A stretch of 64,000 nucleotides of DNA from Hydrolagus colliei (lineage: Eukaryota). The stretch covers positions 8,742,001 to 8,806,000 of the forward strand of contig CM068751.1 of assembly GCA_035084275.1 (NCBI GenBank). Reading direction: 5' to 3'. Every line of letters starts with the position of its first letter. Position 1 is the stretch's first letter. Position numbers and translations under genes: made by a program. Below the pieces are notes generated by a model that searched no databases, had not been told where the DNA came from, and worked only from the letters and a program-made list of their open reading frames with translations. Of this stretch, positions 13,137-24,224 are shown one piece after another.

Positions 13137-13345
13137 ACAACAACTTGCATTATAGACAGCTCCCTTTAGGTATAATACTATCTTGGAGGGTTTTGTAACA
13201 GACACAGAGCAAATATTTTTAAGGCAGGATTTAAGGACAGAGGGAGAGAGGGTGTGTCAGAGGGTTAGAGATAGAGAGTTCCAAAGGTTAGAACCGGAGT
13301 AGCTGAAGATGTGGTCATGAATGGTGCTGGGAAGAGTATTGGGGA
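13137..13345 (-). mobile_element. Diverged L2 LINE 3' fragment
   Basis: Minus strand encodes ...FSYSGSNLWNSL (L2 ORF2 C-terminal motif) followed by an L2-type tail. Confidence 0.6.
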
Positions 13346-13692
13346 AATAATTCTGTATGTTTGTTTCCAGGCTCTCTGGGTTAAATGGGGATCCTAGTAG
13401 ACTTAATGCTTTAGGGTGATGAGTTTCATTGTTTGTAAATCTCTGAATATTGGCTATTATGTACAAAGTATACAGGCTTTATATACAAAGTATTTCAGCG
13501 CCCCTTGTGATGTCCTCCCGATGTGAAAGGCACTCTACAAATGTAATTTTGTTGTTGTTTGTTAAAAAGTAAACTATTTAGAGGTATTTTGGAAATCAGC
13601 TACAATTGTGAATCATTGACATTGGAAGCACAAGGCACATTTTATTTTTGAAGTCAGCTCACTTATGTTGGTCCGTTTGAAATTTTAAAAGT

Positions 13693-13980
13693 AATAATAA
13701 ATAATAATAATCCTTTGAATTTGATACAGCGCTTTTCATGTCTTCTCGACGTCTCGGCAGTCAATTGCGCGCAGCAGTGTCCCACAAACAGTCGTGGATT
13801 GAAAATGACCAATTTTATTATCGTGGGTTTTTGGAGGGATTATTACAGTATTAGGCGCGTGTGTTGGAGTAAGGAAACTTGCCCAAGGTTTTGCGCTGAC
13901 CTGCCTGGATTCGAACACAGGTCTCACACTTCTAAGGCGAGTGCTCACAGGACTGTGGAGTCCTGAGCTACAGGACTCCA
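13693..13980 (-). mobile_element. tRNA-derived SINE with a rearranged 5' end
   Basis: Matches the consensus, with an internal deletion and a foldback at 13956-13980. Confidence 0.88.
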
Positions 13981-14186
13981 GAGTACAAAGTATTCTGCAT
14001 GTGCAAGATGTTTTTTCGGTAAGCAAAAGGATGTATTGTTTTGGAATGTTCTCCTGGAGACTGGATGTGCTTTCGTGAGAAAGCTGGCTTCGACAGGAAA
14101 CGGGAAGTAGCGTTTTATCGCACATTATATCAAAGTAACCAGACACGGCTGGCCTTTTTTTTGATTGTTCTGCTTTTCCTCCGCAG

Positions 14187-14798
14187 GATTACAGGGAGGA
14201 TGGTATGGATTTGGGAAGTGATTCTTGTAGCCGGGCGAGTTCAGAATCAAATTCCAACAAAGTGACGCCGTGCTCCGAGTACAAATCCTCTCCGAGTCTG
14301 GACCTGTCTACACTCGGGGACTATGAGGAAGACGAGGATTATCAGGAGTATAAAAAGAAGGTGATCGAGGAATGGGAGAGCGAGTACGGCAACTACTCTG
14401 AGAACAATGGTTACGTCAAAACTATGAACAGCCGGAGTCTGGCCGAGGAGTTTCAAGAGGTTAAAATCATCCCCACGGCACCTCCTGACACTGTGACTGA
14501 AGAGCTTAAGCAGAATGGCAATGTAGTGCCCAGTAGGGGAGGCGCAAAGGGAAACAAGACCTTCGCAAAGCCACAGAAGCCACAGCGAATAACTGGTGGT
14601 GGTGTTGTTGGTGGTGGAGTTGGCAGTGTTGGTGTGGCCAAACACCCATTGGAGAGTTTGGGAACGTTTGTACCAGAGGAACCTCAGCTGCCCACAATGG
14701 ACTGGGCGGCTCTGGAGAAACATCTCGCAGGTTTACAGTTTCAGGAGCAACAAGCACAAAACCAAAACCAGAGCCAGGCAAAAAACAACTTCACATCA
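14187..14798 (+). CDS. SCHIP1: SCHIP1 large N-terminal coding exon (612 nt, phase 0-0)
   Basis: Acceptor tgcttttcctccgcag|GAT TAC AGG GAG GAT GGT ATG; donor ACA TCA|gtaagt. 204 codons without a stop, containing SCHIP1 motifs SNKVTPCSE, KKVIEEW and PTMDWAALEKHLAGLQF (ORF 14205..14864). Confidence 0.96.
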
Positions 14799-14914
14799 GT
14801 AAGTCCCAATTCTACTGCGCTTACATTTTCTTTTCTTTTTTTTTGCAAACAAACAGTCATCTAAATACTGTTCTGAACTGGTATTCTGTTTATAACTGGA
14901 TAGTCATTGTTTAA

Positions 14915-15216
14915 TGCAGCCTTTGATATAGCGTTATTCAATTCTAGATTCTCAAAGCACTTCACAGAATATACTGTAAAGTGAATTGACAATAATTTTT
15001 TTTGTGGGCAAAATGCAGCAACCGATTGCGCACAGCAGTGCCCCCACAAACAGTTGTGGATTGAAACGAGAATTTTTTAGAATTTTTTTTTGAGGGTTTA
15101 TTATTAGGCATGTGGAATAAGGAAACTTGCCCAAGGTTTCGCCCTGACCTGCCTGGATTCGAAACACAGCTCTCACGTTTGTAAGGCAAGTGCTTTAACC
15201 ACTGAGCTACAGGACT
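14915..15216 (-). mobile_element. tRNA-derived SINE
   Basis: Matches the consensus on the minus strand. Confidence 0.9.
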
Positions 15217-16219
15217 TGGGAGGGATGCTGTCGTATAGCATTGATATATACCGTAATAATCCTTGCATTTGATATAGCGCTCTATTTACATCTCCCAAGT
15301 GGCGTTTCCGTGCTGTGTTTCAGTGGGGAAACGGTGTTGATGTGTTTGCGTGTCTGCGGATGGTTCCTGAAGGAACAATGAGCAGAGTGATGTCATTGGA
15401 ATCCGCTGTCCCCATTAAGGTTCACTGTTTCTGCTCCTGACAGAAATACAAAACTGAGACGTTACGGTTAGTTTTGTTTTGGATTTTCAGACTCTAGCTT
15501 AAGGCAGAACCTGTCTTTTCCACCTTCACTGAAACAAGATAAAAGAATAGCAACTCTTTGAAATTGAAAACCAAATTGTTGAAGCGTTTTATTTTCTTGA
15601 CCCCCCCCTCTCCCCCGCCCAACCTCCACTCATCCATTGACTTCAGTAATAAGAGCTTTGTGAAATCCGTGTACTGTGAAACATTGAGATTAGTTTATCC
15701 TTCCATATTCGGAATTGGCAAATGTACTACAAGTTGAAATGCTTTTCCTGCCTTTGGCTTTCGCTCCCACAGAGGACCCTTGCTTAGCTGGGTTGGCAGA
15801 TAGATTAAATCCCATGTTTCTCTCATGGTCATTGACATTGCCCTTGTTTGATCTGTCAGTATCCAGGATACCTTTCCATTTACTGTGACTGCTCAATGCT
15901 GGCTGACCGTTGAAGTTCTAAGAAGTCTAGCTCAACTGGTGCATATGATTCGGCGAGAACTGTGAAAACGGCGCCGTTGTAATGTTATAAATTCTTCTGT
16001 ACATCTTTGAAGATGAGAGATTATTGTCATAGCACTGGAGAGTATGGGAGATGGATGGAACAGAGAACTGAACTGAACCACACATATGTGTGGTTTGTAT
16101 ATACAACGACTTCCTTGTAGTTTTGTTTTATAGAGTGCTTTTGAAAAGGGTGTGGCTTTTGGAAGGGGTGCAACAAAAGATTCCTGTGGTAATTCTTATT
16201 GATTTGAAAAAATTAATCA

Positions 16220-16545
16220 AATAATAATAATGATCCCTGTCATTGATCATAGCGCTTATCACATTTTCTAGACGACTCAAAGCGCTTCACAGTAGTTACA
16301 GTATGTTTTGTGGGCAAAACGTGGCAGCTAACTGCGTACAACAGTGTCCCACAAACAGCCGTGGACTGAGCGACCAAATTATTATTCTGTTTTTGAAGAG
16401 ATTATTACTCCCGAGAAAAGCGATCTATAAATCGACTAACAAATCGGGTTCCTGCTTACTGCTAGGTAAGCAGAGGTGTGTGGAGTAAGCAAACTTGCCC
16501 ACCATTTCGCTCTGTCCGGGAATCAAACCCAGGTCCTCTCACCGC
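16220..16545 (-). mobile_element. tRNA-derived SINE, diverged, with a ~60-nt internal insertion
   Basis: Consensus body interrupted at ~16408-16473. Confidence 0.8.
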
Positions 16546-16683
16546 CCGCTAGTTTTTTCTAGTTACTGGCTGAGAATGAAAATAAACAAGATAAAAGTTT
16601 CTCAATTTAAGAAAAAAAACCTTCTTTATCTTATCCACTGATTAAAATATACTGGAAAAACATAATTGATTACATTTAATATA

Positions 16684-16995
16684 TAATAATAATACTTGCA
16701 TTTCATATAGCGCTTTTCACACCTTCTAGACATCTCAAAGCGCTTCAGAGAATATACTGTAAAGTGAATTCACTGTGGGCGAAATGCGGCAGCCAATTGC
16801 GCACAGCAGTGTCCCACAAACAGTCGTGGATTGAAATGACCAATTTTGTTATTGTGGTTCTTTTCGGAGAAATTATTATTAGGTGGAGTGTGGAGGAAGG
16901 AAACTTGCCCAAGGTTTCGCCCTGACCTGCCTGGATTCAAACACAGGTTTCACGCTTGTAAGGAGAATGCTCTAACCACTGAGCTACAGGACTCC
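16684..16995 (-). mobile_element. tRNA-derived SINE, full length
   Basis: Matches the consensus on the minus strand. Confidence 0.9.
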
Positions 16996-17332
16996 ATATG
17001 TATAATATACATGTGTATGTGTGTGTATAAAGTATAGTCCTATTACTTGACTTCTACCAAAAATCATTATTTATTCTTGTCAGAAAAATAAATGGTTGCT
17101 CGCCTTGCAGGTATGGGGAATGACAAAAGTGTCGCAATTAATTTCAAGCAACACTGTTGATGTGTTACTTGGATTCCTGCAATGTAAAATATTCCGCATT
17201 CCAGCTTCCGAGGATTAGCCCGGAATGTTTCAGTGGGAATGTCGTGCATCATTTACCAGAGAGATTCGGTGCTCAAAAAGGTTATAGAGATTTTTTTTTA
17301 AATCGTTGAATATGGAGGTAGTGTAGGATACC

Positions 17333-17352
17333 TAACTGCAGGGGGCGCTATT
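17333..17352 (+). promoter_or_regulatory. CTCF-like motif
   Basis: AACTGCAGGGGGCGCTATT matches the CTCF core (CAGGGGGCGCTA) in unique intronic sequence. Motif match only. Confidence 0.45.
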
Positions 17353-17929
17353 CACATTTGTTTGGTACGTTGAGTTGCTGAAATTCCAATTGCAATCTCA
17401 GAGACTTGCAAGGTGAATGCCACACATTTACTGCCTTTTTTTTTAAGTGTGTTTTAGGCAAAGTGAGTAATATTGCACGATTTCAAATATTTTTCTTCCA
17501 TTGTTTTTTACGAAATGGATTCATTGAACTCATCCGTTTCTGAACTGGATTGGCGAAGGACTTAGTTTAATACCTTTAACGAGAACACAGTGTAACAATA
17601 GTGGATTTGTACATTATCTTGCAGGGTTAGCAGTGGGGACATGCCAGTGTTTGAACCAATAATGTTGCATTGAAGTTGATTTCATTTTTCTTTGGGATGT
17701 GAGGTTATGGATGCCTAAATATTGCATATCCCTGGATATGCATTAAGAGTGTACGTATGCATAGCACAGAAAGTGGCTTCAGTGGTGACCTTATATATTA
17801 CTTAACAACACGACCTTTAGTATATTAGCTCGGGACGACAATGTTACAGCTGCGTTGCCTTTTATTGTAAGATCCTGCGAATCTCCTGCGATATATCAAA
17901 TGCAAGGATTATTATTATTATACCAATAT

Positions 17930-18122
17930 ACAACAACAACAACAAAATTACACTTTCAATCAGGAAGAGCTCCCAAGGCCCTGGACAGTCATTGTTTCAG
18001 ATCCGAGCTGGGGACGGGGAGGGTGGAGGGAAAGGGGGGGATTTAGGGTGACGATGGGACCATCGAAGAGGAGGGTCTTGAGGCGGGACTTAAAGGAGCC
18101 CAGGGACGGGGGCGAGGCGGAA
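17930..18122 (-). mobile_element. L2 LINE 3' fragment
   Basis: Reverse complement of the same L2 3' end seen at 35200-35385 and 36850-37087; (CAA)n tail. Confidence 0.85.
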
Positions 18123-18749
18123 TAGAGTATTCATTGTTGTTTTTACATTGTATCTAGATCTGCTTCGCTGGCCCATGGATTTTATTTTTCCCGTTTTCCC
18201 TTAAAATATCCTTCCAAAAGGGCAGCTTGCGCTTGCAAATCAAGTGTTTTCTACATTTAAAATCCTAACAGTCAATGAAGGAACAAACAGCAGAAAAAAA
18301 AGTGACTTTGCTTTAAAAGGGGAAAATACCTGAAAAAACATGACTTGGCGAGGGTAAGCTGAAGCGCTCTGAGACGCCGCCCGGCACGGAGGGCGCTATA
18401 TAAATACAAGTTGTTGTTGTCGTTGTTGTTACACTATGTAATGGGCAGCTAACAATCGCCACACGTGGTGTTATATTCTGGCAATGTGCCTCCATGTAGT
18501 TGATGTTTTGATCGAGAGAGAACAAAAACGCTGAGTGTGAGCAGCCCATTTTACGTCTGAGCACAGTCATTAGTCTTACCCCGGCATTGATTGGATCTTG
18601 GGCTCACTGTGTGAACTCCAGCTGTACAGTACTCAGGCAATTCCAAGCGCCTGCACTGCCAGATTGAAAATGGATTGTTTCAGAAGTTGTAGGTCATTGA
18701 AATGATGCTACTTTGTAAATGTAACTTCATGGTTTGAGCCCCCAACTGT

Positions 18750-19403
18750 CCTTTCTACCCCCACATCCGTGTCATGACTTCCTCTGCTTTGGCCCGCCTC
18801 CGCAACGTCACTCTGCTCCACCGCAGTCTCACTCCGCGGGCCGCCAAGACTCCCTGCTTTGTCGGTCTCCCCAACAACTCCTCCGTCCATAGAGTGTAGA
18901 TCATCCAGCACTCTGCAGCCCATGTCCGCTCCCGTACTAGGCTCCGTGACCATCTCGCCACCATCCTTTCCCAACTCCACTTCCCACCATGTTCAAGATC
19001 CTGGCCCTCACCTTCAAAGCCTTCCATAGCTTTGCTTCCCCTTCTACCTCTGTGACCTCCTAACCACCTACCAACCTGCTCACTCAGCGGGCTCCAGCCT
19101 GCTTCATGTCCCTCCCATTGGTAGGCAGGCCTTCAGTTCCTCTGCCCCCATCTTCTGGAACTCCAGTCCACTATCCCTCCGCCTCACCCATTCCCTTGCG
19201 TTCTTCAAGACTCATCTCAAGACCCTCCTCTTTGACAGTGCTTTCAATCACCCTCCTTCTCCTCTCCCCCCCACTCCCTTCCCCCAGCCCTCCACACTCC
19301 CAAATCCCGCCCTCCAGCTCAGGTTTGAAATACTGACTGGCCAGCATTTTGGGACATCCTCCCGACATGAAACGCGCTATACAAATGTAATTTTGTTGTT
19401 GTT
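18750..19403 (+). mobile_element. L2 LINE 3' fragment (decayed ORF2 C-terminus and 3' UTR)
   Basis: Homologous to 36330-37087; ends AATGTAATTTTGTTGTTG. Confidence 0.88.
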
Positions 19404-19617
19404 CTGTGTGTGAAAATCATCTAATCAATGGGATTGCAGATTTCGCCCACAAAATATCACTTTACAGTGTGTTCTGTGAAGCTCTTTGAAACATCTGGAA
19501 GATGTGATATGGAACTATATCAAATGCAAGGATTAATTTTTTTTATGGAGCAAAATTACAGAATAGTTCAAATGATTTCTCGCATTATGGAGGGGAAGCT
19601 AAACATTTTTTGAAAAT

Positions 19618-19822
19618 TCTGAAACAAAAGCAGAAAGGGCTGGGAACACTCAGCAGGTCAGGCAGCATCTATGGAGAAAGGAAAAGTGAGTCAACCTTTC
19701 GGGTCCACGCCCTTTCATCTCACTTTTTCTTTCTCCATAGATGCTGCCTGACCTGCTGAGTGTGCACAGCGACTTCTGTTTTTGTTTCAGATTTCCAGCA
19801 TCTGCCATATTTTGCGTTTTTA
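19618..19822. mobile_element. Penelope-like terminal repeat in inverted (hairpin) arrangement
   Basis: ~73-bp inverted arms (19618-19690 and 19719-19791) containing GATGCTGCCTGACCTGCTGAGT. Same family as 48327-48460. The Penelope assignment is recalled from shark repeats. Confidence 0.7.
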
Positions 19823-19999
19823 TTCAAAGAATTCTGCTGCCTTCAAACCTCACATTGTAGGTGAATGTAGATTTATTTCTAGATGGTTTAGTATGAATTG
19901 GCTGTACCGTTAATATATTTCTTTCATCGTTAAATGCCAGGCTTCCTGTTGCATTTTATGTTTGTTAAAAAGGGTGACTTAAAAAGTCATGATACCAAG

Positions 20000-20270
20000 A
20001 CTTACAAGCGTGAGATCTGTGTTCGATTCCATTCAGGCCAGGGTGAAACCTTAGGCAAATTTCCTTACTCCACAGGCCTAATAATAATTCCTCCCAAAAA
20101 AAATTGGTCATTTCAATCCACGACTGTTTGTGGGACACTGCTGTGTGCAATTGGCTCCCGCGTTTATCTCACAAATGTACAGGCAATTCAATTCACAGTA
20201 TATTCTGTGAAGCGCTTTGAGACGTCTAAAAGACGTGAAAAGCTCCACATCAAATGCAAGGATTATTATG
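20000..20270 (+). mobile_element. tRNA-derived SINE, slightly 5'-truncated
   Basis: Starts at CTTACAAGCGTGAG; matches the consensus to the tail. Confidence 0.9.
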
Positions 20271-21544
20271 ATTTCTTTAAGGCTTGTTAGAGATTGTAAT
20301 TTTATCATGATGGTTCAGTCACCCTGTATTAAGAATGGAAAATATGTGATTCTTTATGACTTTTACATATAGAACCGTTCTTTGTGCCCAATCTAATGCC
20401 GCAGTACATCTTCATTTAACTTTGCTATCCATCCTCACACTGGTGTGCTTCAAAGCATCCAGCTACGGACCCTTCCCCTCCCCCCGCTTCTCCCCTATTC
20501 CTAACCCGGGCAACATGCCCAAAACTGGTTGTTATTTTACTCTTGGGAATCCCTGTGAAATGAATGGTGCCTCCTTTTGGTCTGAATGGCCTTTTCTCAA
20601 AACTGACTTGTTTTACAATTTAATCCGCCCCCTTATTGTTGTTAATCGACATTCAACTGTGTTACAAATTAGTGAGAAGTAAATGGTCGTCTCCATTAGA
20701 GGTGAGAGGGTTTGTTGTCTCGGGGTCTTATCTTTTGATGCAAACTGTCACTGTACTCCAGCGAGTGAAAAATTAGCATTTCCCCACACATCCGCATCTT
20801 TACTTAATAGTTAATTTTGTTCTCTTAAGAGCCCGTGTGAACTATTCTATTGTTAGTTTTTGGAAACAAATGAGTTAGTTCCACATCAGCTTTTCATGAG
20901 TAAGCAATACCCTCCGATTGCATAATTTTTTTATATGACCATAATTTGTACCTAAACGCTGGTTCCTTTTTGTATGGAAAGCAGTGATACTTTCCATTCT
21001 GATACGGATCCAAGTACTTTGGCCTCCCAGTTGGAAAGTGCTGTCTATGTGATACTTTGCCCTGGTGAAACGTCTGTTTCAAAGGTCAATGTGGTAATCT
21101 TAGTAGAGTACAGTAATGAAGAGCTATTAAAATCAAATTACCGAATGCAATCGCGTAAAAAGGCATGTTGATAGGTTCACCGTAATGCTTATTGGGAGGT
21201 TTCGGGTGCTAAGTAAACGCCCACAACGCATGATTAATCTTTTTACTTAATAAAAGTATTTTCCTAACCGTTTGCAATGAGACAGAGGGACTGTACTGTG
21301 ATTGCTGAATGGTCAACGGAGTACATGGATGAACTGAACGTCTGGAAAATAAGCGGTGTTTAACGTGTGATATGATACCAACTGAAACCTTTTGGATTAG
21401 ACGTAGTGTAACCATGTTACCATCCTGTAAAAATCAGGTTAATGACTGAGAAGCTTTTTACCCCAGTAAAACAGGAAATGTTATCTCCTCAAAGGACACT
21501 CTTATCAAGACAATTGGTGAGTAGTAAGTAAGTACTGTCTCTTT

Positions 21545-21610
21545 GAGATATGGTGCCATTTCAATGGGCCAAATGGCCTCTTTCTGTGCTGTACATTTCT
21601 ATCATTATGG
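21545..21610 (+). mobile_element. CR1-type 3' tail remnant
   Basis: atgggccaaatggcctctttctgtgctgta resembles 56162-56191. Confidence 0.55.
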
Positions 21611-21922
21611 CCAATGTGTGTGTGTGTTGGGTTCATTCATCTGCCTTATGGACCTCTAATGTCACTTAAAAGTTCAATCCTTTCAGTCACTGTTGCCCTG
21701 TTCTCTGAAATTCTTTCTCCAAATTCCTCCACATTACTTCTTCTCTCCTTTGTTGTTAAAATCCTTTTCAAAAAGCTACCTCTCAGACTGTGCCCTTCAC
21801 CCACCTTTCACCTGCATAAAATAACCTTATATTTTTTGGGGGAAAATACTTACCTGTTTGCTATTGATGATGCAGTAGCGATTTTCCACATCTGCAGCAT
21901 TGATTTCTTTGAGGTTTTTATT

Positions 21923-22124
21923 TGTGACATGATACCAACTGGAACCCTTTGGATTAAAAATATTATAACCAGGTTACCATAATACTGTATTGTATTTCAG
22001 CACTCACTTGGAAATACAATATCATGCTAACTTGGTTACAACCTTTCTAATCCCAAAGTGTCTGGGACAGAAGGGACTTAATTAATTGTTCCGAATACTG
22101 GGTCAAACACTTCAGTTGGTATAC
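21923..22124. repeat. Old foldback / MITE-like palindromic element, with a partial second copy at 21366-21423
   Basis: Arm 21947-22000 is imperfectly complementary to 22008-22058; GATACCAACTGGAA (21931) pairs with TTCAGTTGGTATAC (22111-22124). Confidence 0.6.
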
Positions 22125-22326
22125 GCCAGGTATTTGAGATTCACCTCGCACACATCTCAAGTTTCATATGGCTTCCCGCAGGGAATTTCATTCCCTTTGG
22201 TAAGACAACACCCCTTTCAGCACTGCAAGTATCCTTCATAACTCTGGATGAATAATGTATTGTCACCATTTTTTTTGAAAAAATCCCTAATAAATTTACG
22301 GCTTCACAAACCAGATTTACCATTTT

Positions 22327-22641
22327 ATAATAATAATAATCCTTGCATTTGATGTAGCGCTTTTCACATCTTCCAGATGTCTCAAAGCGCTTCACAGAAT
22401 ATACTGTAAAGTGAGGTGACTGTATATTTGTGGGTGAAACGCAGCAGCCAATTGCGCACAGCAGTGCCCCGCAAACAGTCGTGGATTGAAATGCCCAATT
22501 TTTGAAAAACATTTTTGAAGGATTATTATCAGGCATGCAGGATAAAGAAACTTGCCCAAGGTTTCACCCTGACCTGCTTGGAATCGAACTCAGGTCTCTC
22601 GCTTGTAAGGCGAGTGCTCTGGCCACTGAGCTACAGCATTC
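22327..22641 (-). mobile_element. tRNA-derived SINE, full length
   Basis: Matches the consensus on the minus strand. Confidence 0.9.
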
Positions 22642-23968
22642 CACGCATGCATCTAGAGTGATAACCTGAAATTGTGCCGGCTTGGTTTCGCTCTTCACTA
22701 CAGTGATGGACTGTCTGTGCATCCTGGTTTTGTGTGTAATATTATTTGTGTGTAGCATTGCAGAAGACTGATAGACAAAATGGGATCCAAGGTCCATAAG
22801 TTCCTATAATTGGTTTCCAGCAGTTCAGTGTATGTAAAGAGAAAGTGTTAATCTGTAACCAAAGCCTCAGTTCTTGAATTATTTACGATTTTATAATAAT
22901 CCCATTCCATTGGAATCCTTCCACGTCATCAAAGAGCCTTTTTGTTTTGGTGTTTCATGAAATCGTTCAGGGTTTTCAATTATTCCTAGTTTCAAACATG
23001 TTTTCAGATTCGGCAGCCCATAAATATCAAACCGAATACAATTTAAATCTATGTCACTGCACGGGAAAAGTACCATATCTATGGCTTGTTTTCCATGTAA
23101 TTTGATGATATATTACTGTAGACTGCAACCCATCTTTCAAAATGAAAACTCCTACTGTAATGTAAAATGCAAAGTTTTTGAACAAATAAGTTTTTATACT
23201 TTAAATACTACAAAAAGGACTGAGTATTTCTCTATATGCAGTATCTCTCTTTTTTCCCCTGCACACCTAGTCCCGTTAGTTTACCTCATAGGGAGGTACG
23301 TAATTTATTCTATTAACATAATATTTCAGAGCATTCTGAGTTTGTCTCTTATAGAAAATCTGTGGGTTAAGAGTAGGTGAAAAAATTTCATTGGACAAAT
23401 GATTTGGGTAAAATCTGATTTTTTTTTCTAATCAAGTCAATGCATTGAAGGAAAACCTCTTACCATTTAGTCCATGAGAATTTGAGCAGTAACGTTAGAA
23501 GGCTTTTAGTGAGTCATTAAAAATTCATCCAAAGTGCTTCTTTCTGTGCCTGAACTGCGAACGGCAACAACATATATCTCAATAGGGTGAATTAGCTGAT
23601 TTTTAGCTTTCAATTATCTATTTTAGTCTAGATTCCGTGGTATTTGAAGCTGGTTTCTATAATTCTGCTTTCATATGGACAAAATGCCACGTTACTGCAA
23701 GCTTCTAGGCAGTGCCTGAAGTAATGCCCTCTGGTATGTTTCATCATCCAATATACAGACAGACTGAGTTATCCACTGCTCCTTAATTGTTTGGGAAATC
23801 TAAGAGCTGGATAGCACATCGCACTGATATCCTTCTCCATCACTCTGGCAAGATTTGAAACTGCCCTGAGGCTAATAATTCCTCTCAGTCACTGCTATTC
23901 AAGGTTGCACGTGAAACTGAGTACTTTTGTTGCTCCAGTCTCTGAATATTGCTGTCTGTTCTACTGTA

Positions 23969-24224
23969 CAGACCTCGCTTAACGTTGCTTCGGTCAATGT
24001 TGTTTTGTTATTACGTCGCTGATATATCAGGGAACGTATATTCATTTAACGTCGCAGCGTTCGCTGTTACATCGTGCGCATGGGTGGAAATGAACTACTT
24101 TGTGTCGCGTGGGAGTACATAGACGCTGAGCGTCTGGCATTCTTGCTCGCGGTCGCCTAACTTCGTTTTGCTCAAAGTTGCACTTTCCACGAACACAGCG
24201 ACAATGTTAAGCGAGGACTAAGTG
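23969..24224. mobile_element. Tc1/mariner (pogo/Tigger-like) MITE
   Basis: Terminal inverted repeats CAGACCTCGCTTAACGTTG and CAATGTTAAGCGAGGACTAAGTG, flanked by TA at 23967-23968 and 24225-24226. No coding capacity. Confidence 0.75.

Noticed and set aside
1-14186. IQCJ exons (IQ motif IIQRAWR...) expected upstream of the large exon
   Set aside because: No matching translation was found by eye; they presumably lie 5' of the window.
14247-14781. Antisense ORFs over the large SCHIP1 exon (also 50288-50581)
   Set aside because: They are shadows of the sense coding sequence, with no recognisable product.
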